A stretch of 57,277 nucleotides of DNA from an uncultured Eubacterium sp. (GTDB lineage: Bacteria; Bacillota; Clostridia; Lachnospirales; Lachnospiraceae): the NCBI GenBank assembly GCA_905236805.1, contig CAJOPH010000029.1, positions 1-57,277 of the forward strand. Reading direction: 5' to 3'. Each line of letters begins with the position of its first letter. The stretch's first letter is position 1. Below, piece by piece: positions 29,766 to 39,342 of the stretch. The translations under genes and the position numbers were made by a program. A model generated the notes under the pieces. It had not been told where the DNA came from, ran no database searches, and saw only the letters and a list, made by a program, of their open reading frames with translations.

Positions 29766-30166
29766 GACCTTTCTACGTCGAGGACTATTCTTAGTTTAGC
29801 TTCCTCTTCTCCCACAAGGTATTCCAATATCTCTTCGTTTTCCTGATTGAGCAACGCTATGTGCATGGCCATCTCCCGGGTCTGGATGATGTTCCGGGAA
29901 ATCCTGGAACTAAGGTAAAAAAGTCCCAGTATCATCAGGTACCCTATAAAGACAAACACGGCATAGCTGGATAATGGTATGGCGCTCATCCAGTCCTTCC
30001 AGATGGGAAGAAGACCCAATACGATGAGCACCACCCCGAACAGGTTCCAGTACATGGCAATCTTTAGGATCAGCCTGTGCAGGGTATAGATCAAAAAAGC
30101 CGACACAATAATGAAAAGCCCCGTTAATACAAATACCGTCCTTATGCCTATGGCCAATGTAAACAT
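29762..30166 (-). CDS. DUF2304-like small membrane protein
   Basis: 134 aa with four hydrophobic helices and a C-terminal amphipathic tail. It lies next to GT genes, which is the usual DUF2304 context. Confidence 0.5.
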   Translation of the reverse strand: MFTLAIGIRTVFVLTGLFIIVSAFLIYTLHRLILKIAMYWNLFGVVLIVLGLLPIWKDWMSAIPLSSYAVFVFIGYLMILGLFYLSSRISRNIIQTREMAMHIALLNQENEEILEYLVGEEEAKLRIVLDVERS

Positions 30167-30201
30167 ATCTGTCCACCCCTAAACGGCTGCCCCACTTTCT
30201 T

Positions 30202-31692
30202 TTATCCGTAGGCTGCCTCTCCTTCCACGTCATCTTTTTCTTCTTTTTTCTTTTTGTCCCTGTTGTATACCTCATCGGGAGGCCTTTGCCCCTTTCCTTT
30301 ATGGAGCAAAAGCCCCCTGCAGAAGATATGTGTCTCCATGTGTCTCTCGGCCCACCTCAGCCTGAAGTAGGCGATAAACCATCCCGCCAAAGACCCTGCG
30401 AAGACCCCCGCGCCATACCAGATATAGTCATACCGTATGGCCACCAGCGTGCCTATGATGGTAATACCCATGAACGTGCCCGATGTCAGTATCGCCCCAA
30501 ACGTATCGTTGAAATAATACAGGAATATTATTGCGGAATACATGATGAACAATATGAAATACGCGGACGCAAGAAGCGGGTATATCTGCATCACCAGACC
30601 CGATATCCCCAACAGCGGCAAGGTCACCATGAAGATAAGGAAGGATACGACGGACACTATGAACTGTATCCTGGCCAAAGACAAAAGCTCCGACGCCAAA
30701 GACAAAAACATATGGTCCTGCGCGGTCTTTACATCCAGATACCTTCCCCCTATAACGGCCTCGGAATATCCCTTGTAGCGGGAATGAAAATTCATCTCCA
30801 CCCTGGAGATAAAGATCACGGTGGCCGAGATGTTGGTGATAAGCGCTATAAATGAAGCCATGTCATATGGTTCGGCCGATACGAACACACCTGCCGTCAC
30901 CACCCTGAGGTCCGTGGTCCATACGATCATGTTGTGTATGTAAAGTCCCACGATATAGCATGTGTTTGACACTATGAGTCCCGCATAGGACTTGAAATAA
31001 GGAAGCACCCGGCGGTAATTGTGGCTGCTTTCCGTGAAATACTTCGTAAGCTGGGCATACATCAGCGACCCTATGAACAAAAGACCTATGTCCAGCCCCA
31101 TGAGCATGCCATATGTGATCTCCATGTCGAAGATCTTTACAAACAGCCAGGCCGCACCAAAGGCAAGACCCATTCCCAAGAGGTAGAACAAAGCCACCTT
31201 CCCGTAATCCTTTACGATGGAAAGGTATATCATGGTATAAAGCATCCATACGAGCGCGAAATATCCGACATATCCCATCAGCGAAAAGAAAGGATCCACC
31301 CCTCCCTTTACCACCTCCATAATACAGAAAGGTATGGCGGGGATGGCGCTTACTATGACATTTATGGATAAACCCGTATAATAAGCAGGCATGACATCCT
31401 GGTAGAGCTCATCATAGAGGAGGTCTGACATGTATCTGGAAAGTACCGCATTTAAGGGAGACGTGGTACAAAGCGCAAAAATAAACATGTACAGCACCGT
31501 CCCCGAAAACAGTTCCCTGACACTGTATGAGACGGTATCAAATCCCAAAAAATATTCCATGAGCACTATGTCCAGCATGATGATCACCATGGGTGCTATG
31601 GAAACCACCGAAGAGTATGCCACTCCCCCTACGTGGAAAAGAAGTGAGCGCTTTTCGTATATCCGGTTTAACCGTACTCCTATACCTGCCAT
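30202..31692 (-). CDS. pelG: exopolysaccharide Pel transporter PelG
   Basis: 496 aa, polytopic with about 12 TM. The N-terminus MAGIGVRLNRI is characteristic of PelG. It lies immediately downstream of pelF. Confidence 0.8.
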   Translation of the reverse strand: MAGIGVRLNRIYEKRSLLFHVGGVAYSSVVSIAPMVIIMLDIVLMEYFLGFDTVSYSVRELFSGTVLYMFIFALCTTSPLNAVLSRYMSDLLYDELYQDVMPAYYTGLSINVIVSAIPAIPFCIMEVVKGGVDPFFSLMGYVGYFALVWMLYTMIYLSIVKDYGKVALFYLLGMGLAFGAAWLFVKIFDMEITYGMLMGLDIGLLFIGSLMYAQLTKYFTESSHNYRRVLPYFKSYAGLIVSNTCYIVGLYIHNMIVWTTDLRVVTAGVFVSAEPYDMASFIALITNISATVIFISRVEMNFHSRYKGYSEAVIGGRYLDVKTAQDHMFLSLASELLSLARIQFIVSVVSFLIFMVTLPLLGISGLVMQIYPLLASAYFILFIMYSAIIFLYYFNDTFGAILTSGTFMGITIIGTLVAIRYDYIWYGAGVFAGSLAGWFIAYFRLRWAERHMETHIFCRGLLLHKGKGQRPPDEVYNRDKKKKEEKDDVEGEAAYG

Positions 31693-31700
31693 AACCTATC

Positions 31701-33137
31701 CTACCTAAACCCCTCGTAAATATTCCTGTAAGTATCTATCATATGCTCTATGGTATACTTTGACATGACCCGGCTGTATCCGGCTTCGCCCATCCTCTCC
31801 CTGGCCACCTCGTTCTGGGCAAAGAGGATCATCGCCTCGGATATCTCCTCGATGTTCATGATGTGGCAAAGAACCCCGGCGTCCCCGTATTCATCACCCT
31901 CCTCGCCATAGATAAGGCCCTTGCAGTTGCCCACATCCGTGGCTATGCAGGGCTTGTGGGCGGCGTACCCCTCCAGGATGGTAAGGGGCTGTCCCTCCGA
32001 GATGGATGTAAGTATCGTGCAGTCCATCCGGCCTAGGTACTCCTTTACGTCAATCCTTCCGGTAAACACCACATCCTCTACCTCAAGGGCATCGACCATG
32101 TCAAAGCATTCCTTTGCGTATTCCTCGTCCTCATCATACGATCCCATGATCCAAAGCTTCAGGGAGGGCTCCCTTTTTTTCGCGTAGTAAAAGGCCCTTA
32201 TCATGGTCTTTACGTCCTTGATGGGAGCTACCCTTAGGACCGCCCCTATATTGCAAAATCCCTCATCCTCGGGAAGCTTTCCCGGTATGTTTGAAAAATT
32301 CCGGGTGCGGATCCCGTTGGGCGTAACCTGTATCTTTGATACGGGAGCCCCCAGCTCTATCTGAAGCTCCTTTGCGTAGCCATACAGGCAGGTGATAAGG
32401 TCTGCCCGTTCATAGGCAAGGACCGACATTTTCTTGAACTGCTCTATCCATATGCTCTTGTAGATGCCCTGCACCCATTTGGCGGAGACCAGCTCTTCCT
32501 CCCTCTCCCTGGTGTAGATTCCGTGTTCCGACACCAAAAGCCCCGCATTGTGGCGGTACTTTCCCATGGCACCTATGACCCCGGCGTATCCCGTGGCCAC
32601 GCAGTGGTAGATGTCAGCCTTTGGCACATCAAACTTCATGATCAAAAAGAGCGGCAGGTAGATGGATCTCATGGTCCACAGGTAATCGGAAAAAACCGCC
32701 TCCGAATGAAACCTCCTGTAGCTCTCCTTTACTGCATTCATAAAATCCACGCCCATGAGGAGGCCGTTCACCGAAACCCATGGCTTCTTGATGAAATCAA
32801 ACAGTGTATCCCAGTCAGGGTTCTCATTTACTATGAGGGATACCAGGGCCTTATATTCGTCTTTCTTCATGCGCTTTTTGTGCCAGGAATTGGAACGTTT
32901 TATTCCCCACTTGGAGTCTTCCTGTGACCAGTCAAAGTCGGAAAGGTACAGCTCGTATACCGAACTTACGTTTTCAGGCAGTTCGTAGACAAACTTCCCC
33001 CGCATCTTCCTGTCTGCCGCTATGGCGCAGATGATGAACTCATGCTCCGGGAAGGAATTTATCATATTGTGAATCCAGCTGGAGACGCCGCCTACCACAT
33101 ACGGATAGCACCCCTCCGCAATCATGCAGATCTTCAT
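31701..33137 (-). CDS. pelF: Pel glycosyltransferase PelF (DUF3492 N-terminal region plus GT4)
   Basis: MKICMIAEGCYPYVVGGVSSWIHNMI is the typical PelF N-terminus, with a GT4 C-terminal half (EGQPLTILEGYAAHKPCIATDVG). The track start at 33167 is a GTG that overlaps the upstream gene. ATG at 33137 is preferred. Confidence 0.85.
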   Translation of the reverse strand: MKICMIAEGCYPYVVGGVSSWIHNMINSFPEHEFIICAIAADRKMRGKFVYELPENVSSVYELYLSDFDWSQEDSKWGIKRSNSWHKKRMKKDEYKALVSLIVNENPDWDTLFDFIKKPWVSVNGLLMGVDFMNAVKESYRRFHSEAVFSDYLWTMRSIYLPLFLIMKFDVPKADIYHCVATGYAGVIGAMGKYRHNAGLLVSEHGIYTREREEELVSAKWVQGIYKSIWIEQFKKMSVLAYERADLITCLYGYAKELQIELGAPVSKIQVTPNGIRTRNFSNIPGKLPEDEGFCNIGAVLRVAPIKDVKTMIRAFYYAKKREPSLKLWIMGSYDEDEEYAKECFDMVDALEVEDVVFTGRIDVKEYLGRMDCTILTSISEGQPLTILEGYAAHKPCIATDVGNCKGLIYGEEGDEYGDAGVLCHIMNIEEISEAMILFAQNEVARERMGEAGYSRVMSKYTIEHMIDTYRNIYEGFR

Positions 33138-33138
33138 A

Positions 33139-35007
33139 TCATTTAAAGAGGAACGTATTTTCCTCACCCTTCATGGAAATCGTAAGTTTACTGCCATCTG
33201 TTTTTATCAGGTACGCCCCTTCGTCTATCTTGCGGAAGGTCGCGCCCTTTACTTTTTCTATCTCTCCTTCATGGGTTCTGAAGATGAAATAATTGTGGTC
33301 GGCAACGGTATCAAGCTTTACGACTATCGTGCCATCATCCTTGACCTTTTCGGTATAGGACATCGTGAGGAAGGCCCTTGCCCTGTATCCCAGCTCGGAA
33401 AGGGACACTTCCGTAAAGCATTCATAGGGTTTCCAGTAATCCACCGTGTAACCGGAAAATTTCTTGAAATAATTCTGCCACTCATCCTCATCGGAATTGG
33501 GGTCGGGATAGATTATCGAAGAAAGATCACCCTCTATGCACGAATACCCCAAGGCGCTCTCCAATGACCTTTCCAGAAGGTCATCTTTGTATGTGTGTCT
33601 TCTCGCGTCAGCCGTGGCCGAAATATCTATCACATCGTCATCGGCATAGAAGAGATATCCGTTTTCCTCATCATATTCGGAAAGAAGGGTGCAAACATCC
33701 TTGAAACCTGCCTCCTTAAGGAGCTCTATAGCCTCCTCCTTGTCCTTCTTTCCCACGTAGGCGGTATTTATCACATAGTCGGGAAAATACTCATTGAAAA
33801 AATCGCAATCTTCCTCAAGGGCAGATCCTATGTCAGATACATCATCCCTTTCAAGGCATACGCCGGCCTCCCCGTCAACCTCCCTTATCAGCCTTAAAAA
33901 ATAGTCCAGGTATTCTTCGTTTAAGGGATTGTTTGACGATGACCTTATCCTCCCCGAAAACATGCACGCCACCCTGGCGTCCGTGGTGGTGGCAACAGAC
34001 GCTATCCCCGGCCACACGAGGTCTCTTTGTACCACGTGGGAATTCCTGGAGTATATGCCCTTTAGCACATCGTCATTTTCCAGGGAAAGGGTGGGATAGT
34101 TCGTCATGACCAGTCCCTGGGCGTTTACTATGGGGTAGATCACATAGTCATCGCTTTCGTATTCAAATCCATAAAGCAGGCCCAATCCTATCCTGCTCTC
34201 CAGAAAATCTGCGTAAACCACATAGACAAAGGCGTCATTGTAGGTATTTCTCCATATCATGGGAGGAGGGACCTCACCGTCATCCACCTTGTAGGAGGAT
34301 TCATCCACATGGGCGCACATGAACGTCTTAGTACCTGATGTCAAGGTGTACCAGTTCATGTAACTAAGGTCAAGGTCATCCCTTTTCTCCTCCTCCTCAT
34401 TATAAGGATCGTAGATGACCCCTCCTCCCAGAAGCAGTCCCTCGTAGACTTCGGCTCCTTTCATCTTGATGCTTGCGGACCTTTTGGCATATATACCCAG
34501 TATCTCCGTCAGGTCTTTTGAAGAATCCAGTATGGATTCATCGGGCAGCCCCGAAAAAATAAGATTCACCTTCCTCTTGGTTATGTGCTTCAGCGAAGCT
34601 ATGTCGGAATCGGATGTAACTGTCGATGAATCCACCAGACAAAATTCCGGGATATTTTTCTTTCCTATGCCCTTGATGTAGGAGTCGGCAGCAGACAGCG
34701 ACGTGAACGAACGTATGTTCTTTCTTTGGTACCTGCACCATTCATTAAGCAGGGAAGCCGTGTCAGTATTTTTTCCCACGTAGATGCAGTACTCTGTACC
34801 GCCTGCCGCATCCCCCGATTCGGAAAGGTCTGTCACCTCAAACACCCTGTCTTTGGTCATCCCCACTCCCGCGCCGTCGTACCCATCGAACTCATTTTCG
34901 TAGTAATCCGAAAGCACGGCCTTTGCGGTGGATGAAAACATCATCAGGAAAAAGACCACCATCATGACTATGGTAATAGTAAAAAAATTCCTTCTGGATA
35001 TCTGCAT
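33139..35007 (-). CDS. DUF2194-like extracytoplasmic protein in the PelA(deacetylase) position
   Basis: 622 aa with an N-terminal signal anchor (FFTITIVMMVVFFLMMFSS). It sits between the pelE-like gene and pelF, as pelA_DA does in Gram-positive pel operons. Confidence 0.55.
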   Translation of the reverse strand: MQISRRNFFTITIVMMVVFFLMMFSSTAKAVLSDYYENEFDGYDGAGVGMTKDRVFEVTDLSESGDAAGGTEYCIYVGKNTDTASLLNEWCRYQRKNIRSFTSLSAADSYIKGIGKKNIPEFCLVDSSTVTSDSDIASLKHITKRKVNLIFSGLPDESILDSSKDLTEILGIYAKRSASIKMKGAEVYEGLLLGGGVIYDPYNEEEEKRDDLDLSYMNWYTLTSGTKTFMCAHVDESSYKVDDGEVPPPMIWRNTYNDAFVYVVYADFLESRIGLGLLYGFEYESDDYVIYPIVNAQGLVMTNYPTLSLENDDVLKGIYSRNSHVVQRDLVWPGIASVATTTDARVACMFSGRIRSSSNNPLNEEYLDYFLRLIREVDGEAGVCLERDDVSDIGSALEEDCDFFNEYFPDYVINTAYVGKKDKEEAIELLKEAGFKDVCTLLSEYDEENGYLFYADDDVIDISATADARRHTYKDDLLERSLESALGYSCIEGDLSSIIYPDPNSDEDEWQNYFKKFSGYTVDYWKPYECFTEVSLSELGYRARAFLTMSYTEKVKDDGTIVVKLDTVADHNYFIFRTHEGEIEKVKGATFRKIDEGAYLIKTDGSKLTISMKGEENTFLFK

Positions 35008-35022
35008 ATCTTAAACCCTTTT

Positions 35023-36150
35023 TTAGGCAAACGCCCTTATTATCTCCAAGGTAGCCTTGTCTATGACGATGTTCGTCTGCCTTAGATCGCTCATGACTTC
35101 CATGAACCTTTCCTTGTCGCTCTTTTTGAAGTAAAATTTCAGCCTGCAGGTGTAAGAGATAAGGTCATCAGGATGCGTAACGGCGCATCTCATGCACCAC
35201 TTTTCGCAAAGATCCATTTCCCCGCAGTTCATAAGGTGGTTCGTGATCCACTCATAATGCCTTGCAAAAAGGATCTCGGGGGAGACGTTAAACAAAAGCT
35301 CCGCTACCTCCGAGAGCATGACGGAATAAGAAGCCTGCTCCATCGGGGTGAAAACCCCCTGTCGGAGAAACGCGTCCATGTACTTGATAAGGGCCGAGCC
35401 ATACTGCATCCAGTCCTCCCTGGGTCTTTCCTCATCCGCTATCGCCTCTCCGTTCACCTCCTTCTCCGCGACTATCTCCATGAGTGCCCTTTGCTCCTTA
35501 AGGAAGCTGTATACCTCTTCCACATTGGCCCTAAAGACATTCAGCTCTGCTGAAAGCACGGAGGCAGCGTAGTGGGCGGTCTCGGTGTCCTTGGAATTAA
35601 GGGCTTCCATGATGACCCTTAGGGACTTGTCCACATCGTCCCCCCTCAGGATGTTTAGCATCAGGGCACGCAGGTTACTCGAGTCAGTGACAGCCAGAGC
35701 CTCCTCCAGAGGTACCAGGTTTCTCTCCCTCTCATCATCTCCACGCTGCTTTACCGTCTCTTTCTCCTTTTCGAACAGCACATCGTAAAGGTCTACCTCT
35801 TTCCTGAAGAATATCTTTCTCAGGATGGTGCCAAAACCCACGACCACCACGACCACCACGGGAACGACCAGCATCATCACACAGGTCATAATGCAGCGTT
35901 TCCTGTCGAATACTTTATCTATCCTTTCTTCCTTGATATCGGAAGGGAGCATGAGGTCGGGAATCTCGTCCCTTTCATCCGGCATCCTAAAGTCAATCTT
36001 TTCTTCATTGGATCCTGCAACGGTGGCTTTTTCGGCCTCCTTTGCCCTTACCTTGAACCTGGGGCGGATAGCCACACCGTAGATGAGATATGCCAGGGCA
36101 CAAAGATCATTTACGACTAAAACAATGATGCAGATAACGGTCCCGCTCAT
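35023..36150 (-). CDS. pelE: PelE-like membrane protein (two TM plus helical repeat region)
   Basis: 375 aa with TM1 at about aa 5-27 and TM2 at about aa 86-110 (VMMLVVPVVVVVVVGFG), followed by an all-helical C-terminal half. The call rests on position after pelD and on architecture, not on a motif. Confidence 0.5.
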   Translation of the reverse strand: MSGTVICIIVLVVNDLCALAYLIYGVAIRPRFKVRAKEAEKATVAGSNEEKIDFRMPDERDEIPDLMLPSDIKEERIDKVFDRKRCIMTCVMMLVVPVVVVVVVGFGTILRKIFFRKEVDLYDVLFEKEKETVKQRGDDERERNLVPLEEALAVTDSSNLRALMLNILRGDDVDKSLRVIMEALNSKDTETAHYAASVLSAELNVFRANVEEVYSFLKEQRALMEIVAEKEVNGEAIADEERPREDWMQYGSALIKYMDAFLRQGVFTPMEQASYSVMLSEVAELLFNVSPEILFARHYEWITNHLMNCGEMDLCEKWCMRCAVTHPDDLISYTCRLKFYFKKSDKERFMEVMSDLRQTNIVIDKATLEIIRAFA

Positions 36151-39100
36151 GCCGATACCCCCCGGTTCATGGAGATGATCGCTATCTCCGAAACCTTGTC
36201 ATCACGGACGGACCTTATGGCATACCGACCCCGGGTCCTGCCCTTTTTCCTGGCGTCCGAATCCGTCCATTTGTTGACGCCTGCCGGAAGCTCCGCGGTC
36301 CTTTTCCACTTGCCGGAGTGTGGATTGTACCTGAATATCTGATAGCCATCGCATCCCGGTGTCTCCTCCCAGGCTATCGTGGGTGCGCCTAATGACCTGC
36401 TGATCACGGCCTTTGGCGGAAGCAGGCCTATCTTGAATGGCAGGGATTTTTTACCGGTATATTTTCCCTGACCATGGATGACGACTATCCCGGTACCTAT
36501 CGAACGATTGTTCTCGTATGAAAGGACATAATCCTCCCCATGCTCCAAAATCCGAAGTCCGTAGCGGACCGTGATCTTCGGAGCCACGGGATCTCCCGTG
36601 AAAGGATAGATATCGTCCAAGTCAAATACCACAACATCCTCCACCGAATAGCAGATCTTAAAGTCTTTTTTGATCTCCCCGACAAACCTCCCCATACCTT
36701 CTATGGTGAGTGTACCGGTGCCCGGCCTGGTATTGTTTACGTAGGCGATCTCGTAATCATGCCCCCTGCGGAGCAGGTAATCGCCTATAGCCATGGTAGG
36801 CTTGGGCTGTATGGGACGCCCCGTAAATCCATAAACATCCTGAAAATCCAGCACCCTGACCATGGAGAGGTCTATGGGATCATCCCCCTCGGGGATATCC
36901 CCACCGTGAAGGGCCGCAAGGGACATCTTTGACAGATCTCCCGCCAAAGCCTGCGCAATGTTGCTCTCCTCCACTATCTCATCCACGGAAGCCTCCCCCC
37001 TCATGCCAAGGATCTTGGTCCTGTCTTCCTTGGGGATTTCCATGGCACCCCATGTACCCGCTTCCTGAGAGGAATCTGCCTCCCCGCCATCCGGGACGAT
37101 CTGCGGCTCTATCTGTTCTATCTCCTGCTCCAGGAGATAGAACACATCCTGTGTCTCCATGACCGTCGTGCCTATTCCCTTTTTGTCAAACCTGTCTATT
37201 ACGAACTTGGCGGCCTCCCTGTCGGTATTCGAAAGGAGAAGGTAATAATTTTTGTCTGACAAAGATCCCATGTAATCGGATGACCTTATCATATGGGATG
37301 CCGTCTCCAGCTCCCGTGTGTCCCCGACATTTTTGAAATTCAAACGCAGTACAGTGGCTATGGTCAGCTCCCTTCGCTGGGCATTCAAAAACGCCCGCAC
37401 CAGGGAGGTGAAAGCCCCGGTCTCCAGGATCCTTGTTCCCTCCAGATACCTTTGCTGCTCCAATGCGTCCATGAAATTGTTCGCGCGAACCACCGCGTTT
37501 TGGATCAAAAGACCTATGACCTTCAGCATGTTCGCCTGCCCCAGGTTCATATGATCCCAAGGAATCCCCCAGACCATGACTATCATACGCATCTTTTCCT
37601 CGGAGAAAATGGCATTTGCCATGAGGGGATAACGCTCGTCCATGGTCTTGTTCACATAGACCCTGTCATTGATAAAGTCCTCATAAAGATCTGTGTATTC
37701 AGGATATTTTATTGAATTTCCCAAAGACCTTGCTATGGGACTGGTCGCGGCAAAGAGCCTTGCGTAATCCGAATTTTCCACGGTATATATGGCAACGTCC
37801 TGGGTTCCCACCAGCATCTCCACTATCTCGGCCGCAAAAAACAAAACGTCCTCAGGCTCGTAATGATCCAGTGAAGATGTGATCGAATATACCTTTCCGA
37901 AAGAATCTTCCTGATTTACTATCTGATTCTCCAAGACATTCTTTATCTGGACATTGGTCGTATTTATCTCCGATATATCCTCCCTCTGCCTGGTCAGGTA
38001 GTCTATCTCCACCTCGTCCTCATCACGGATGACCTTCAGGCGGTCTTTGATATATCCCACTACCAGTCCCACTATGAACAGCTGCGCTATCCACACGTAG
38101 GTATTGTAATCCAGGACCACATCGAACTGTGACCTGTCATACTGCTGCCTGTACAGGTAGCCCGCGGTAGCCAAAACGCCCGAAAACGCTGCCTGCTGCT
38201 GCCCGAATACCACGGCGAACAAAAGCACATACAAAAGCAAAAAGTCCAGATTAGCGAAATACTGCGAATCCGTCGCCCTGTTATTGAGCATGAAAAACGG
38301 GATGAACATGACCGCGTTTTCTATGAACGGGATGAGCTTGAAGATGATGTCTGCCACCTGGGCCTTTATCCCCTGCGCCCTGTCTTCTTTATTTTTCTTT
38401 TTTGTACCGAAATATTTCGTGTAATGGTGCTTCACGGCAGACGCTAACTGCGGCAGAGTCTTTTGGGGATCGTCGAACACCCTGGTACCAAACTCCGTAT
38501 GGAAACAACTCCCATCCAAAACCAGGCGGAAGGGTGCGCCGACATTGCGCTCTTCCACCTTTACCTCCCTGCCAAGGCCTTCCGCCAGAAGGTTTGCCAC
38601 GGCCGTCTCGTTTACCACCTTCCCTGAGGAAAGGTGGTAGAGATCCTTTTCGAAGCTCTCGGCCGTCATCACCCTGTATATGTAATCCACCGCATCAGAT
38701 GAGTGAAGCATGGAAAATTCGTGCCGGGAATTCGAATGGATCATCCCGTCGTCCAAGGCCTCCTTTAACATCTCCCTGAACATGGGGGGCATGTCGTAGG
38801 ATGATGCGGGGGTGCCGTAAAGGTGGTCAAGGCGGAGCGATATGGTCTCCATATTCCCGAAGGACCCAAAGTTCTTTACGGTCATCTCCCCCTGGCGGAT
38901 CAGGTTGTTCTTGGGGTTGGAGATGGTGGGTACCTCCGATTCTTCGGTATAGTTCTCTGTTGAGGGATTTTCGAACACCTGTTCGGATGAGAGGTACAAG
39001 AACCTCACCTTTTTGTTCATGGAGCTTAACGAAGTCAGTATGTTTACGAGTCCCGTAGAGTACTCCAATATATGCCTTTGCTCTACCTGATCCGGGAAAT

Positions 39101-39329
39101 TTGAATCATACGCGCCCATGAAAATGACGGCATCCGGACGGATGCTCTCAAATATCTGAGGTATCGATTCATTTACGTATGAGAAATTGTATTGCTCGAA
39201 AACCTTCGGTATACGCTTTTTTACATGATCCGTACCCGTAAGGACATAGATTCTGTCGCCTTCCTTGGAAAGCTTGTCTATCAGGGCATCACTCAGATAG
39301 CTCCTTGCTCCTACTAAAGCTACATCCAT
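36147..39329 (-). CDS. pelD: PelD-like c-di-GMP receptor fused to an N-terminal SDR/epimerase-like domain and C-terminal Ig-like repeats
   Basis: 1060 aa. Aa 1-310 have an extended-SDR fold (DAVIFMGAY, LYLSSEQV, RLDHLYG) with no YxxxK anywhere, and VGARSYLS replaces GxxGxxG. Four TM follow at about aa 325-440, then a GAF-like region and a degenerate GGDEF-like region with RSSD (37275-37286). Two 71-aa Ig-like repeats lie at 36648-36860 and 36423-36635, followed by a beta-rich tail. Confidence 0.75.
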   Translation of the reverse strand: MDVALVGARSYLSDALIDKLSKEGDRIYVLTGTDHVKKRIPKVFEQYNFSYVNESIPQIFESIRPDAVIFMGAYDSNFPDQVEQRHILEYSTGLVNILTSLSSMNKKVRFLYLSSEQVFENPSTENYTEESEVPTISNPKNNLIRQGEMTVKNFGSFGNMETISLRLDHLYGTPASSYDMPPMFREMLKEALDDGMIHSNSRHEFSMLHSSDAVDYIYRVMTAESFEKDLYHLSSGKVVNETAVANLLAEGLGREVKVEERNVGAPFRLVLDGSCFHTEFGTRVFDDPQKTLPQLASAVKHHYTKYFGTKKKNKEDRAQGIKAQVADIIFKLIPFIENAVMFIPFFMLNNRATDSQYFANLDFLLLYVLLFAVVFGQQQAAFSGVLATAGYLYRQQYDRSQFDVVLDYNTYVWIAQLFIVGLVVGYIKDRLKVIRDEDEVEIDYLTRQREDISEINTTNVQIKNVLENQIVNQEDSFGKVYSITSSLDHYEPEDVLFFAAEIVEMLVGTQDVAIYTVENSDYARLFAATSPIARSLGNSIKYPEYTDLYEDFINDRVYVNKTMDERYPLMANAIFSEEKMRMIVMVWGIPWDHMNLGQANMLKVIGLLIQNAVVRANNFMDALEQQRYLEGTRILETGAFTSLVRAFLNAQRRELTIATVLRLNFKNVGDTRELETASHMIRSSDYMGSLSDKNYYLLLSNTDREAAKFVIDRFDKKGIGTTVMETQDVFYLLEQEIEQIEPQIVPDGGEADSSQEAGTWGAMEIPKEDRTKILGMRGEASVDEIVEESNIAQALAGDLSKMSLAALHGGDIPEGDDPIDLSMVRVLDFQDVYGFTGRPIQPKPTMAIGDYLLRRGHDYEIAYVNNTRPGTGTLTIEGMGRFVGEIKKDFKICYSVEDVVVFDLDDIYPFTGDPVAPKITVRYGLRILEHGEDYVLSYENNRSIGTGIVVIHGQGKYTGKKSLPFKIGLLPPKAVISRSLGAPTIAWEETPGCDGYQIFRYNPHSGKWKRTAELPAGVNKWTDSDARKKGRTRGRYAIRSVRDDKVSEIAIISMNRGVSA

Positions 39330-39342
39330 AGTATTTTACCTG

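Noticed and set aside
29910-30275. A 121-aa minus-strand ORF spanning the pelG/DUF2304 junction.
   Set aside because: It is out of frame, overlaps two better-supported membrane-protein genes, and has no RBS or motif.
35842-35859. A tandem 9-nt repeat (GACCACCAC x2) inside the PelE-like gene.
   Set aside because: It simply encodes the poly-valine stretch of TM2 (VVVVVVV). It is in frame and too short to argue for phase variation.
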